The position numbers were made by a program, and so were the translations under genes. This document shows, one piece after another, positions 7,294 through 16,666 of a stretch of DNA of 34,705 bases. The stretch comes from an uncultured Alkalilacustris sp. (GTDB lineage: Bacteria; Pseudomonadota; Alphaproteobacteria; Rhodobacterales; Rhodobacteraceae). A model generated the notes under the pieces. The model ran no database searches, was not told the origin of the DNA, and worked only from the letters and a program-made list of their open reading frames with translations. Every line of letters begins with the position of its first letter. Position 1 is the stretch's first letter. The stretch is from assembly GCA_964564395.1 (NCBI GenBank), contig CAZMBT010000001.1, positions 1 to 34,705 on the forward strand, in the 5' to 3' direction.

Positions 7294-7779
7294 ATGACGA
7301 AGCCGAAAGACAAGCGTCGATCGACGCTCGGGCAGGAGCGTCAGGATCTCTTGGAAGTGGTTGTCCAGCCCATGCGCGACGGCATACTTGGCCGGAACAA
7401 TCCTCAGCCATGCGAGCCGCAGGACCGCACCTTCTGGTCGATCACCGGCATCATCGGCACGCGCGACAGCGACTGGGTTCCGCTGCACGAGGCGCGCGGC
7501 TTGCCCTCCTTCGAGTCGCCGGGAGCCGAACTTGTCGATATGCTGCGGCTTGTCGAACGTCCGGTGACGATCGATCTGCACCCCGAACGGGTGGGGCCTT
7601 GCGCGACTCTCAAGGACCTTGTGGGGGAGCTCGGCGAGTTCATCCATGCCGATTTTGTCGAAGGGCATCCGCTGCGCGCGACGCGGATACACCCGCTCGC
7701 CCCGCTGCACGCCGCGCTGACACTTGCGGTCGTGGCGGACAGCCGCGAGACGGACCCGGGAAAGCCAATGCTTCGCTAG
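7294..7779 (+). CDS. Hypothetical protein (161 aa)
   Basis: Protein-like composition and high GC3 on the + frame. No family recognised; start codon uncertain. Confidence 0.5.
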   Translation: MTKPKDKRRSTLGQERQDLLEVVVQPMRDGILGRNNPQPCEPQDRTFWSITGIIGTRDSDWVPLHEARGLPSFESPGAELVDMLRLVERPVTIDLHPERVGPCATLKDLVGELGEFIHADFVEGHPLRATRIHPLAPLHAALTLAVVADSRETDPGKPMLR

Positions 7780-7942
7780 CGGCGCGCCGCGCGTATGCGT
7801 TCGGCGCAGACGATCAGCGATGGGCGCATGGCTCTGCCCGCGCTCAGGCGGGGTGGTTCAAGCATTAAGCGCTTGAGTTTGGTGCCCGCAGGTCGATAGT
7901 CTGGACGCACGCAAAGGACGGCGCTCTTCACGAGGAACAGCC

Positions 7943-8368
7943 ATGCAGCTAGCCCAGCTCATCTACGCGTCGCGCCACGACGGCACGGCTGTCGATACAC
8001 TCGACCGGATATTGCAGAAGTCGCGCGACAATAATGTTCGCGACGGGATCACTGGCGCCCTGATCGTCGGGGACCAGCATTTCATGCAATTGCTGGAGGG
8101 AGAAGCGACCACGATCGGCGAGTGTTTCATGCGGATCATGCGGGATGATCGCCACCACGGCATTCAGGTGCTCTGCGCTCATGATGTGGACCATCGTCTT
8201 TTCGCCGAATGGAGCATGCACCGGATCGAGACCTTCCGCATCAAGCAGAAGATACTTTCCCGCTATACGATCGAGGGTGTCTTTGATCCTGCCCGGATGT
8301 CGCAGCGCGCGATCACGGATATGTGCCGCACCCTGGCGGCGGGCGACTGGGACGCGCTGGCAGCGTGA
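7943..8368 (+). CDS. Stand-alone BLUF blue-light photoreceptor
   Basis: LIYAS (Tyr), SRDNN-x-DGITGAL, FMQLLEG (Gln), DDRHH, RLFAEWSM (Trp/Met). GAGG RBS. Confidence 0.93.
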   Translation: MQLAQLIYASRHDGTAVDTLDRILQKSRDNNVRDGITGALIVGDQHFMQLLEGEATTIGECFMRIMRDDRHHGIQVLCAHDVDHRLFAEWSMHRIETFRIKQKILSRYTIEGVFDPARMSQRAITDMCRTLAAGDWDALAA

Positions 8369-8522
8369 GCAGCGGCCGGAGGTGTCGATCACGCCATCGC
8401 GCCGGGTGACAGCGCAGTGACGCCATGGGCATCAGCCGATCTCTTGCGGCCGGGTATCGGCCGAGGTGCCGCGCGTCCGAGCGCGGCGCTCACCGCGGCG
8501 AACCGGGTGTCCGGGGCCCGGG

Positions 8523-9911
8523 TCAGCCGAGGGGCGGATGGAGTCTGTGCCAGGGCGTTTTCGCCTCGAACGCCGCCGCAGCGCGCAGGCAGAGCGCTTC
8601 CTCGAAGCGCGCAGCCACGAACTGGATCGCGATCGGCATTCCGTTGCGGTCCGTTCCGGCGCGCACCGCTGCACAGGGGTGCCCCGACAGGGTAAAGGGG
8701 CAGGTGAAGCGATGCAGCTCCTCGATCATCGCCGCGTTCATGTTCGCTGCGTGCGCGGCCTCGGGCACCGTGCGCGCGAACACCGGCAGCACGAGCACGT
8801 CGACTTCATCGAACAGCGCTTCGATCCGGCCGCCGAGATCCTCGCGTCGCAGGAGCGCTGCGTGATAATCCTGCGACGAAAGCGCGGTGCCGTGTTCGAG
8901 GCAGGCCGAAAGCGCCGGCCCATATTCCGCGCGCCGCCCGGGCCAGGTCGCGGCGTGGACATGGGCGGCATCGACAGCGCAGATGTCGAACCACAGATCC
9001 ACCACATTGCCGATATCGGGAAAGCGCAGCTCGCACCGCCGCGCGCCGGCCGCGCAAAGCAGGCGTGCGGCCTCCACCACGGCGGCGGTGATCTCGGGAT
9101 CGACCGCCTCGCTGACAAGGCGCGGATCGATCCCCAGCCGCAGCCCCTGCACGCTGCGCTTCAACTCCGCCAACGGGTTGCCGACGAAAGGCCGGGCACA
9201 GGTCGCGTCCTTCGGGTCGGGGCCGGCCACGGCGGCTAGAACGGCCGCGAGATCCTCGACCCGCCGGGCCATCGGGCCGACATGATCGAGCGTGCGCGCC
9301 AGTGGAAACACCCCGTGACGACTGATCCGGCCGCGGGTGGGCTTGAGCCCGGCGACGCCATTGGCGGCAGAAGGCATGCGGATCGAGCCGCCGGTGTCGG
9401 TGCCGATACTGCCAAAGCACAGCCCCGCCGCCGTCGCGACGCCGTTGCCGCTGGACGAGGCGCCGGGCCAGAACTTTGCGTCCCAGGGATTGACCGGCGC
9501 GCCGAAGGGCGGGCGGTGGTCGCCGAAGGCCCCTTCGGTGAGTGTCAGCTTGCCCAGGATGACGGCACCTGCCGCGCGCAGACGGCGGGTGACGGTGGCA
9601 TCGTCAGCGGCGATGGCGTCGGCACGCAGCGCCATGCCGGCGGTGGTGGCCATCCCGGCCATGTCGATGACATCCTTGAGCGCCACCGGCACGCCATGCA
9701 GCGGCCCGCGATGCTGCCCCGCGGCAATCTCGGCATCGGCGCTCGCGGCCTCGTCCATCGCCGCCTCGGCGCGCAGCGCAATGAAAGCGCCGAGGTCAGT
9801 GTGCTGGGCGATCCTGTCAAGCTGTTGCGCCGTCACCTCGTGCGCGGTGGTCTCGCGTGCCGCGATGCGCCGCCCGATCTCCACGAGCCCCTGGTAGTGC
9901 AGTTCGCTCAT
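8523..9911 (-). CDS. Amidase-signature family amidase
   Basis: GPLHGVPVALKD (catalytic Lys), PGASSSG and GTDTGGSIRMPS (Ser-cisSer-Lys triad), GLKPT-x-GR. Confidence 0.95.
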   Translation of the reverse strand: MSELHYQGLVEIGRRIAARETTAHEVTAQQLDRIAQHTDLGAFIALRAEAAMDEAASADAEIAAGQHRGPLHGVPVALKDVIDMAGMATTAGMALRADAIAADDATVTRRLRAAGAVILGKLTLTEGAFGDHRPPFGAPVNPWDAKFWPGASSSGNGVATAAGLCFGSIGTDTGGSIRMPSAANGVAGLKPTRGRISRHGVFPLARTLDHVGPMARRVEDLAAVLAAVAGPDPKDATCARPFVGNPLAELKRSVQGLRLGIDPRLVSEAVDPEITAAVVEAARLLCAAGARRCELRFPDIGNVVDLWFDICAVDAAHVHAATWPGRRAEYGPALSACLEHGTALSSQDYHAALLRREDLGGRIEALFDEVDVLVLPVFARTVPEAAHAANMNAAMIEELHRFTCPFTLSGHPCAAVRAGTDRNGMPIAIQFVAARFEEALCLRAAAAFEAKTPWHRLHPPLG

Positions 9912-9931
9912 GCGCAGTTCCGCCTCTAGGT

Positions 9932-11245
9932 TCAGCGCGGCTTGGGCCGCGTCAATCCCAGATTGCCACGCAACGTCGTGCCCTCATAGGCAGTGCGGAA
10001 CAGCCCGCGGCGTTGCAGTTCGGGGACCACCAGGGAAACGAAATCCTGAATTCCGGCCGGCAGATGCGTCGGTGCGATATTGAACCCGTCGGCCGCTTCG
10101 GCCTCCACCCATTCCTGCATCGTGTCGGCGATCTGGGCGGGGGTGCCGACGACGACGCGATGCCCGCGCCCGGCCGCCTGGATGCGGTAAAGCTCGCGGA
10201 TCGTCAGCCCCTCGCGCTGGGCAAAACGCCAGATCGTTTCGGCGCGGCTGCGAAAGGCGGGGTCCTTTGGCTCGGGCACCGGCCCGTCGAGCGGGTGTCC
10301 GGAAAGGTTGCCCAGCCGGTCATACAGTGCCGCGAGCCCGACGACCGGGTCGATCAGCTGTTGGATGCGGTCGAACTTGGCTTGCGCCGCGTCGCGCGTG
10401 GGCGCGGTGATCGGCATGATGCCGGGCATGATGACGGTATCTTCCGGGGTGCGGCCGTATTTTTTCAGCCGCCCCTTGACCGAGGCATAGAAGGCCTGCG
10501 CATCCTCCAGTGTCTGCTTGGCGGTGAAGACGATATCGGCCGATCGCGCGGCGATCTCGCGGCCTTCGTCGGAATCGCCGGCGAGCACGATCACCGGTTC
10601 GTCCTGGACCGAGCGCGCGACATGGAGTGGCCCGCGCACGTGGAAATGCTTGCCCTCATGGTTGAGTACATGGCGTTTGTCGGGATCGTAATACTGCCCG
10701 CTTTCCTGATCGCGCAGAAATGCGTCGGCGTCCCAGCTGTTCCACAGGCCGCGCACGACATCGACGAACTCGCCGGCGCGCTCGTAGCGCAGGTTGTAGT
10801 CGGGCGTGTCCATGTGGCCGAAATTGAGCGCATCCTCCTTGCCCCAGGAGGTGACGACGTTCCACCCGGCGCGCCCGCCGCTCAGATGATCGAGCGAGAG
10901 GAATTGCCGCGCGAGGTTGTAGGGCTCGCTGTAGGTGGTCGAGCCGGTGGAGACGAGGCCGATATGCTGAGTCACGGGCGCCAGCGCCGATAACAGGGTA
11001 ATCGGCTCCAGCTCGGCGCCGTTGCTCTGGCGCTGCAGTGCGCCGGGCGGATTGTCGCTGCCGCGGATGGCCAGCTCGTCGGGCATGAACAGAAGGTCGA
11101 ACAAGCCGTGCTGCGCGATCTGCGCGACCTCGAGGAAGTGCTGGAAATCCATCGATCCCGTGGGCGTCACCTGCGGGTGGCGCCATGCGGCAATGTGATA
11201 GCCCATGCGCCACATCGACAGGCCAAGCTTGATCTGTTTCGGCAT
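9932..11245 (-). CDS. NtaA/SnaA/DszA-type luciferase-like FMNH2-dependent monooxygenase
   Basis: GYHIAAWRHP, LEPITLLSALA, EPYNLARQFLSLDHLSGGRAGWNVVTS, RYERAGEF, VPELQRRGLFR...TLRGNLGL. Real start MPKQIKLG at 11245 with GGAGG RBS. Confidence 0.93.
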   Translation of the reverse strand: MPKQIKLGLSMWRMGYHIAAWRHPQVTPTGSMDFQHFLEVAQIAQHGLFDLLFMPDELAIRGSDNPPGALQRQSNGAELEPITLLSALAPVTQHIGLVSTGSTTYSEPYNLARQFLSLDHLSGGRAGWNVVTSWGKEDALNFGHMDTPDYNLRYERAGEFVDVVRGLWNSWDADAFLRDQESGQYYDPDKRHVLNHEGKHFHVRGPLHVARSVQDEPVIVLAGDSDEGREIAARSADIVFTAKQTLEDAQAFYASVKGRLKKYGRTPEDTVIMPGIMPITAPTRDAAQAKFDRIQQLIDPVVGLAALYDRLGNLSGHPLDGPVPEPKDPAFRSRAETIWRFAQREGLTIRELYRIQAAGRGHRVVVGTPAQIADTMQEWVEAEAADGFNIAPTHLPAGIQDFVSLVVPELQRRGLFRTAYEGTTLRGNLGLTRPKPR

Positions 11246-11280
11246 TGGTGCCCTCCACGGGGTTGCGGTAGATTGTCGCA

Positions 11281-11299
11281 TTCTATATTCTTTATAGAA
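11281..11299. promoter_or_regulatory. AT-rich palindrome, candidate operator for the adjacent GntR
   Basis: TTCTATA-N5-TATAGAA perfect inverted repeat in the 73-bp gap between the divergent monooxygenase and GntR genes. Confidence 0.6.
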
Positions 11300-11318
11300 A
11301 TATGAAAGATCAAGTCCG

Positions 11319-12098
11319 ATGTCCGTGCAGCGCAACGCTTCGAACGATGCTGAAGATGCGGTCCTGTCAGCTCCGTTGCCGGAGGCCGTCCCACGCTGGC
11401 GGGCGGTCGAGGCGCGCATCGCCGAGGCGATTACCCGTGGCGACTGGCAGGCGGGCACCGTGTTGCCGGGCGAAAACGCGCTGGCGGCGTCGATGGGGGT
11501 GGCTGTCGGCACCCTGCGCCGCGCGCTGGCCGAGCTCACCGCGGCGGGCGTGCTGAGCAGGCGACGAAAGACCGGCACCGTCGTCACCGGCCGCACGCCG
11601 CGCCACAGCCTGCGTTTCCTGCTGGATTACTATCGCCTGCATGATCTGGACGGGCGGTTGTGCCGCGCACAGACCCGCACCCTCGGCATCGCCCGCGGCC
11701 GGGCGACGCAGGCGGAACGCGGCATGCTCGACCTTGCGGATGGGGCGCAGGTCTTGCGCCTGCGACGGCTGCGCCTTGTCGATGGCAGGGCGGTGATGCA
11801 TGATCTCTTCACGCTTCCTGCGCAGCGTGTCCCCGACTTCCCCGAAACGCCCGAGGCCGCACCGGGTCTGCTCTACCGTCACATGAACGATGCAGCGGGC
11901 ATTCGCATCGCGGCTGTGCGCGAGCAACTTGCGGCCGTCGCCGCCACGGCGGACATCGCCGACGCGCTCGGCGTCGACGCGGGCGCACCTGTCCTGCAGA
12001 TCGAGGAGACGGCCTTTGACGAGGCGAACGCGCCAGTGGCGCATGCGCTGCACCACGCCGAAACCACGAAGCACCGTTACGTCAACGAGATCCGGTAA
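11319..12098 (+). CDS. GntR-family regulator, HutC/UTRA type
   Basis: wHTH LPGENALAASMGVAVGTLRRAL...GTVV. C-terminal UTRA-like domain (VLRLRRLRLVDG; ADALGV-x-x-GAPVLQIE). Confidence 0.92.
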   Translation: MSVQRNASNDAEDAVLSAPLPEAVPRWRAVEARIAEAITRGDWQAGTVLPGENALAASMGVAVGTLRRALAELTAAGVLSRRRKTGTVVTGRTPRHSLRFLLDYYRLHDLDGRLCRAQTRTLGIARGRATQAERGMLDLADGAQVLRLRRLRLVDGRAVMHDLFTLPAQRVPDFPETPEAAPGLLYRHMNDAAGIRIAAVREQLAAVAATADIADALGVDAGAPVLQIEETAFDEANAPVAHALHHAETTKHRYVNEIR

Positions 12099-12108
12099 CT
12101 GCCCCGCC

Positions 12109-13311
12109 TCAGCGTGACGCATCCAGCGGCCCGCGATCCCCACGGTCCAGAAGCTGCGGGCCGAGCGCCGAGAGATCCCGGCAGCCGAGCAGGGCGACCG
12201 TGCGGTACAACTCTGCTTCCAGCAGCGCAAGCGCCCGGCTTGCACCCGCCTCGCCGGCCGCACCGAGGCCGTAGAGCGTCGCGCGTCCCAACAGAACCGC
12301 ATCCGCCCCCAGCGCCAACGCCTTGGCGATATCGGTGCCGCGACGGAAGCCACTGTCGATCAGGATCGTCATCCGGCCGCCGACCGCGTCGGCAATCTCG
12401 GGCAGCAGGGTGATCGTGGCCTGAGTGCCATCGAGCTGCCGCCCCCCGTGATTGCTCAGCACCACGCCTTGCGCCCCGGCGTCGAGGGCGCGGCGGGCAT
12501 CGTCGGCACGGGCGATTCCCTTGATGACGAGCGGTCCATCCCAGATGTTCCGCAGCCAGTCCAGCCAGGCCCAGTCAAGCGCCGGATCGATCTGTTCGCG
12601 TGCCCAGCCGGCGGCGGATGCCATGTCGCGCCGGCCTTCGGGCAGCATCTCGACGATATTGCCGAAGGTGGGAACGCCCCCCTGGCTCAGCATGCCGATC
12701 CCCCAGCGGGGATGGGCCAGTGTGGCCAGTCTCTGGCGCAGGGTGGGGTCGGTGGTGCCGGGGCGATAGCTGCGTTTGTCCCACTCGCGATTGCCGAAGA
12801 CGCTGCCGTCGACAGTCAGCATGAGGCCGTGCACCCCTGCGGCGCGGGCCCGTTCCACCAGGCGCTCCATGAATTCGAGCGATCTGAACGCGTAAAGCTG
12901 CAGCCAGTGGTCGAGCCCCTCGATCGCCGCGATCGCCTCGATGGTGGCGTTGGAGACGGTACTTTGCACCATGGGCGCGCCCGCCGCGCGCGCCGCCCGG
13001 GCCAGCGCGCGGTCGCCGTCGGGCGCGATCAGGCTGTTGAACCCGGTCGGCCCGATGGCGAAGGGTACGCGCCAGCGTCGGCCCAGCACCTCGCACGACA
13101 GATCCACCTGCCCTACATCGACAAGCGCGCGCGGCCGGAAGGCGACGCGGTCGAATGCCGCCTGGTTGCGTGTCAGCGTGACTTCGTCCTCGGCCCCACC
13201 TTCGAGATACTCGAACACGAAGGGCGGCAACCGTCGCGCCGCCATATGCCGCAACTCGGCGACGGACAGGGCCCGTGACGCATCGCTGCCGCCGAAATAC
13301 CTTCGCCTCAT
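12109..13311 (-). CDS. FMN-dependent alpha-hydroxy acid dehydrogenase (LldD/MdlB family)
   Basis: YLEGGAEDE, WLQLY, LTVD, GNRE, IKGI, SNHGGRQLDG, DSGFRRGTDIAKALALGA. Confidence 0.95.
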   Translation of the reverse strand: MRRRYFGGSDASRALSVAELRHMAARRLPPFVFEYLEGGAEDEVTLTRNQAAFDRVAFRPRALVDVGQVDLSCEVLGRRWRVPFAIGPTGFNSLIAPDGDRALARAARAAGAPMVQSTVSNATIEAIAAIEGLDHWLQLYAFRSLEFMERLVERARAAGVHGLMLTVDGSVFGNREWDKRSYRPGTTDPTLRQRLATLAHPRWGIGMLSQGGVPTFGNIVEMLPEGRRDMASAAGWAREQIDPALDWAWLDWLRNIWDGPLVIKGIARADDARRALDAGAQGVVLSNHGGRQLDGTQATITLLPEIADAVGGRMTILIDSGFRRGTDIAKALALGADAVLLGRATLYGLGAAGEAGASRALALLEAELYRTVALLGCRDLSALGPQLLDRGDRGPLDASR

Positions 13312-14702
13312 GTCGTGATGACCTTGCCAGGGTTGAGGATGCCGTTGGGATCGAGCGCGCGTTTCATCCGCGCCATCAGCGCCAGCTCTGCCGGGCTGCG
13401 GTTGAGCGCGAGCGCCTTGCGCTTGAGCGTGCCGATGCCGTGTTCGGCCGAAACGCTGCCGCCGGCCCCGACCACGCGACGATATACGAGGTTCGACACC
13501 TCCTCATGCGGCTGATCGGCACCCGCACCGGGAAGGTGGCAGACGAGATGCAGATTGCTGTCGCCGATATGACCGTAACTCATCGCGACGATACCGGGCC
13601 AGCATTCGGTGAGCTCGGTCTCGATCCGCGCCACGAAATCGCCCATCGCCGCGACCGGCACCCCAACGTCAAAGGCGATGATAGGTCCGAACACACGATC
13701 GAAATGTGCCACGCTCTCGCGCAGCGCCCACAGATCGGCTCGGTCCCGCTCCGACGACGGGATCACCGCGTCGATCATGTCGCCCGACTCGAGCGCTTCC
13801 GACAGCAGCGCCTGCAAACGTGCCTGCACCCCGTCATCGGCTGTCCCGACCGCCTCGATCAGGACATGGAGACCGTGCGGTGCATCGAAGGGGCGGCGCA
13901 GTTCGGGCAGGGCCCGGGTCATGTGGGTGCAAAAGCTGGGCCACATCGCCTCGAAGGCCGACAGCGCCGACCCGAGGCGGCTGCGCGCGCGCATCAGGAA
14001 GCCGAGCATCGCCTCGGCGTCACGGAATCCGCAATATGCGCTGGCGGAGGTCGCGGGCGCCGGCTGCAGGCGCAGGACAGCGCGGGTAATAACGCCCAGC
14101 GTGCCTTCTGTGCCGATGAAAAGCTGCTTGAGATCGTAGCCCGCATTGTTCTTTAGCAGACGGTTCATCGACGAAATCACCGTACCGTCAGCCAGCACCG
14201 CCTCCAGCCCCAGCACATTCTCGCGCATCATCCCGTAGCGCAGAACGCGCGTACCCCCGGCATTGGTCGCCAGGTTGCCGCCGATCGTGCAGCTGTCGCG
14301 CGCCCCGAGATCGACGCCGAACGTCAGACCCTGATCGTGCGCCGCTGTCTGCAGCGCGGCAAGCGTCACGCCTGCCTGCACGACCGCGGTTCCGCCCAGC
14401 GGGTCGATTTCCTCGATAACGGTCAAGCGCTCGAGCGTCAGCGCCGCCCCGGTCGCAGCGGGCACGGCTCCTCCCGCAAGTCCGCTGCGCCCGCCCTGCG
14501 CCGTGACCGGCAGGCCAAGACGATTGCAGGCCTCCAGCGCGGTCGCGACCTCTTCGGTGTCGCCTGGCCGGATCAGGGCGCGCGGCATCACCGGATCGGC
14601 CGAACTCCAGTCGCCGGCGACCGACGCCGGAATATCGGCGCCGATCAGGACCGCGTCTTCGGGAAGCGCGCGGCGGAGTCCCTCGATCGGATCCTGTGTC
14701 AT
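13308..14702 (-). CDS. FAD-linked oxidase/D-2-hydroxyacid dehydrogenase (FAD_binding_4 plus FAD-oxidase_C)
   Basis: QGGRSGLAGG, CTIGGNLATNAGG, KNNAGYDLKQLFIGTEGTLG, YGHIGDSNLH, SAEHGIG, LDPNGILNPGK. 4-bp overlap with the downstream gene. Confidence 0.93.
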   Translation of the reverse strand: MTQDPIEGLRRALPEDAVLIGADIPASVAGDWSSADPVMPRALIRPGDTEEVATALEACNRLGLPVTAQGGRSGLAGGAVPAATGAALTLERLTVIEEIDPLGGTAVVQAGVTLAALQTAAHDQGLTFGVDLGARDSCTIGGNLATNAGGTRVLRYGMMRENVLGLEAVLADGTVISSMNRLLKNNAGYDLKQLFIGTEGTLGVITRAVLRLQPAPATSASAYCGFRDAEAMLGFLMRARSRLGSALSAFEAMWPSFCTHMTRALPELRRPFDAPHGLHVLIEAVGTADDGVQARLQALLSEALESGDMIDAVIPSSERDRADLWALRESVAHFDRVFGPIIAFDVGVPVAAMGDFVARIETELTECWPGIVAMSYGHIGDSNLHLVCHLPGAGADQPHEEVSNLVYRRVVGAGGSVSAEHGIGTLKRKALALNRSPAELALMARMKRALDPNGILNPGKVITT

Positions 14703-14780
14703 GGTCGGTCCTTCCGGTTCGCGGCGGCGTCAGGGACGCATCAATCTCATGGCTTGACGTGGCGAAGATTGTGGGCATTA

Positions 14781-14799
14781 ACTGAATACTGTCGACAGT
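14781..14799. promoter_or_regulatory. Candidate GntR(FCD) operator
   Basis: Perfect palindrome ACTGTCGACAGT (14788-14799) preceded by ACTGAAT, between divergent genes. TTGACG (-35-like) at 14754. Confidence 0.6.
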
Positions 14800-14842
14800 T
14801 ATTGTCACCAGACCAAGGCGCCGCGCAAGGGATTTCTCGGAG

Positions 14843-15535
14843 ATGAAACAGGACCTTCCTGAGCCCCTGACGCGCCCGGCGCCGCTGACCGAGCAGATAT
14901 ACCGCGCCCTGCGCGATCGCCTTCGAATGGGGGCGTTCGACGCCGAGGCGCGGCTCGTGGAATCGGTGTTGGCGCGGGACATGAACGTATCGCGCAGCCC
15001 GGTGCGCGAGGCGCTGTCCCGGCTCGTGGCGGATGGCCTGCTCGAAACCGGTGCGTCAGGGTTTCGCGTGCCGCCGGTAACCGCGGAGGCAGTGGATGAG
15101 ATCGTGGATCTGCGCTGCCTGCTCGAGCCGGTGGCGGCGGCGCGTGCCGCGAAATCGATGCCGCAGGAGGCGATCGGATCGCTGCGCCGCGCCTTTGAGG
15201 GGGCGCAGTCGGCGACGGCCGACGCCGATCTCGATGCTTTCCTGGAGGCGAACTATGCCTTTCGCGCGGGTTGGCTTGCCCACGTGACCAACCGCCGCCT
15301 GCGCGAAGCGCTCGAGCGTTTCGACGATCAGGCCGGGACGCTGCGGCGCATGACTCTCGCGCTGCCCGGGGCGCGCGAGGAGGCGCTGGAAATGATGGGC
15401 GTCGGGCTGGAGGGTTTCGCCCGCCGCGATCCGGACGCTGCCGCCGACTTCGCGCGCCGCTTCGTCGAGGCGGCCGCACGGTATTTTCAACACAGGCGCC
15501 CGACGGACGGGCCCGCGCGCGAGGAGCCGACATGA
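14843..15535 (+). CDS. GntR-family regulator, FCD type
   Basis: LTEQIYRALR...LVESVLARDMNVSRSPVREAL. FCD-type LRCLLEP and ANYAFR segments. Confidence 0.92.
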   Translation: MKQDLPEPLTRPAPLTEQIYRALRDRLRMGAFDAEARLVESVLARDMNVSRSPVREALSRLVADGLLETGASGFRVPPVTAEAVDEIVDLRCLLEPVAAARAAKSMPQEAIGSLRRAFEGAQSATADADLDAFLEANYAFRAGWLAHVTNRRLREALERFDDQAGTLRRMTLALPGAREEALEMMGVGLEGFARRDPDAAADFARRFVEAAARYFQHRRPTDGPAREEPT

Positions 15536-16644
15536 CCGAAGTCGCGATTCATCCGATGAAAGGGCCCAACGCCTTCAAGCTCGGGGTGTTCTCGATGAAT
15601 GCCGACGGCGGGCTGACGCTGACAAAGGTGCCCGAACGCTGGGGCGCAACCTGGCCCGAGCTTCTGCGCATGGCGCAGCATGCCGACGCGGCGGGTTACG
15701 AGTTCCTGTTGCCGATCGCGCGCTGGAAAGGGTTCGGCGGTGAGATGAACAGCCGTGAATGGTCCTTCGAGACGCTGACCCTTGCCTCGGCGCTGGCGGC
15801 CGCAACGCGGCGGATCGCGGTGTTTTCCACCGTTCATGTGCCGATGGTTCATCCTGTTCTTGCCGCCAAGGCGCTCGCCACGATCGACCATGTCTCGGGC
15901 GGGCGCGCGGGCCTCAACATCGTCTGCGGCTGGAATCCGGATGAGTTCGATCTGTTTGGTCTGCCCCTGATCGAGGATCGATACGGGCAGGGGCTCGAAT
16001 GGTTCGAAATCGTCGAGCGGCTTTACACCAGCGAAGAGCCCTTCGACTACGACGGCAAGTACTATCAGCTCAAGGCCGTTTCGGGTCGACCGCGCCCGTT
16101 GCAAAATCCGCGGCCCGTAACGTTGAACGCGGCCTTTTCACCGCCGGGGCGGGATTTCGCGGCCCGGGCCGCAGATTACCTATTTACCACGTTCACCGAG
16201 ATCGAGAAGGGGCGCGAGCCGATCGAGGACATGCGCCGCCGCTCAGCCGAAACAGGGCGCGATGTGGGCGTGTTTACCACCTGCCATGTCGTCTGCCGTC
16301 CGACACGTGCCGAAGCGGAGGACTATTACGACCGTTACGCGGTGCAGTTCGAGGACAGCGCGAGCGTCGACAAGTACATGAAATCGAAGGAAAAGCATTC
16401 GCAGTCACATTCCGAGGAGACCTACCGGCTGCATCGCAAGCGATTTGCTGGCGGAGGAGGTACCTACCCCCTGGTCGGGACGCCGCAGGACATAGCCGCC
16501 GAATTGGAGCGTATGCATGAGGTGGGCTTTGCGGGGACGACGTTGTCATTTGTCAACTTTCTCGACGAACTGCCCTATTTCACCGAGTCCGTCCTTCCGC
16601 TGCTGCGCGAGGCAGGGTTGCGCGAACCGGGTGACAAGGCCTGA
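15532..16644 (+). CDS. Luciferase-like (LLM) flavin-dependent monooxygenase, SsuD/RutA/SfnG-like clade
   Basis: FKLGVF, PIARWKGFGG, AKALATIDHVSGGRAGLNIVCGW, NAAFSPPGRDFAA. ATGA overlap with the GntR stop and GAGGAG RBS. Confidence 0.92.
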   Translation: MTEVAIHPMKGPNAFKLGVFSMNADGGLTLTKVPERWGATWPELLRMAQHADAAGYEFLLPIARWKGFGGEMNSREWSFETLTLASALAAATRRIAVFSTVHVPMVHPVLAAKALATIDHVSGGRAGLNIVCGWNPDEFDLFGLPLIEDRYGQGLEWFEIVERLYTSEEPFDYDGKYYQLKAVSGRPRPLQNPRPVTLNAAFSPPGRDFAARAADYLFTTFTEIEKGREPIEDMRRRSAETGRDVGVFTTCHVVCRPTRAEAEDYYDRYAVQFEDSASVDKYMKSKEKHSQSHSEETYRLHRKRFAGGGGTYPLVGTPQDIAAELERMHEVGFAGTTLSFVNFLDELPYFTESVLPLLREAGLREPGDKA

Positions 16645-16666
16645 ACGCCGTCCGGGCGCCATGGGC

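Noticed and set aside
7033-7710. 225-aa minus-strand ORF
   Set aside because: Overlaps the more protein-like + strand ORF 7294-7779 and has shadow-like composition.
11246-11596. Long 5' extension of the NtaA-like ORF overlapping GntR
   Set aside because: Homology begins at MPKQIKLG, which has its own RBS. The extension is antisense to the GntR gene.
15271-15531. Apparent long gene overlaps from ORF extensions (also 17594-17911, 28682-28792, 5539-5685)
   Set aside because: These are upstream open frames in GC-rich DNA. The true starts are marked by RBSs or short stop/start overlaps.
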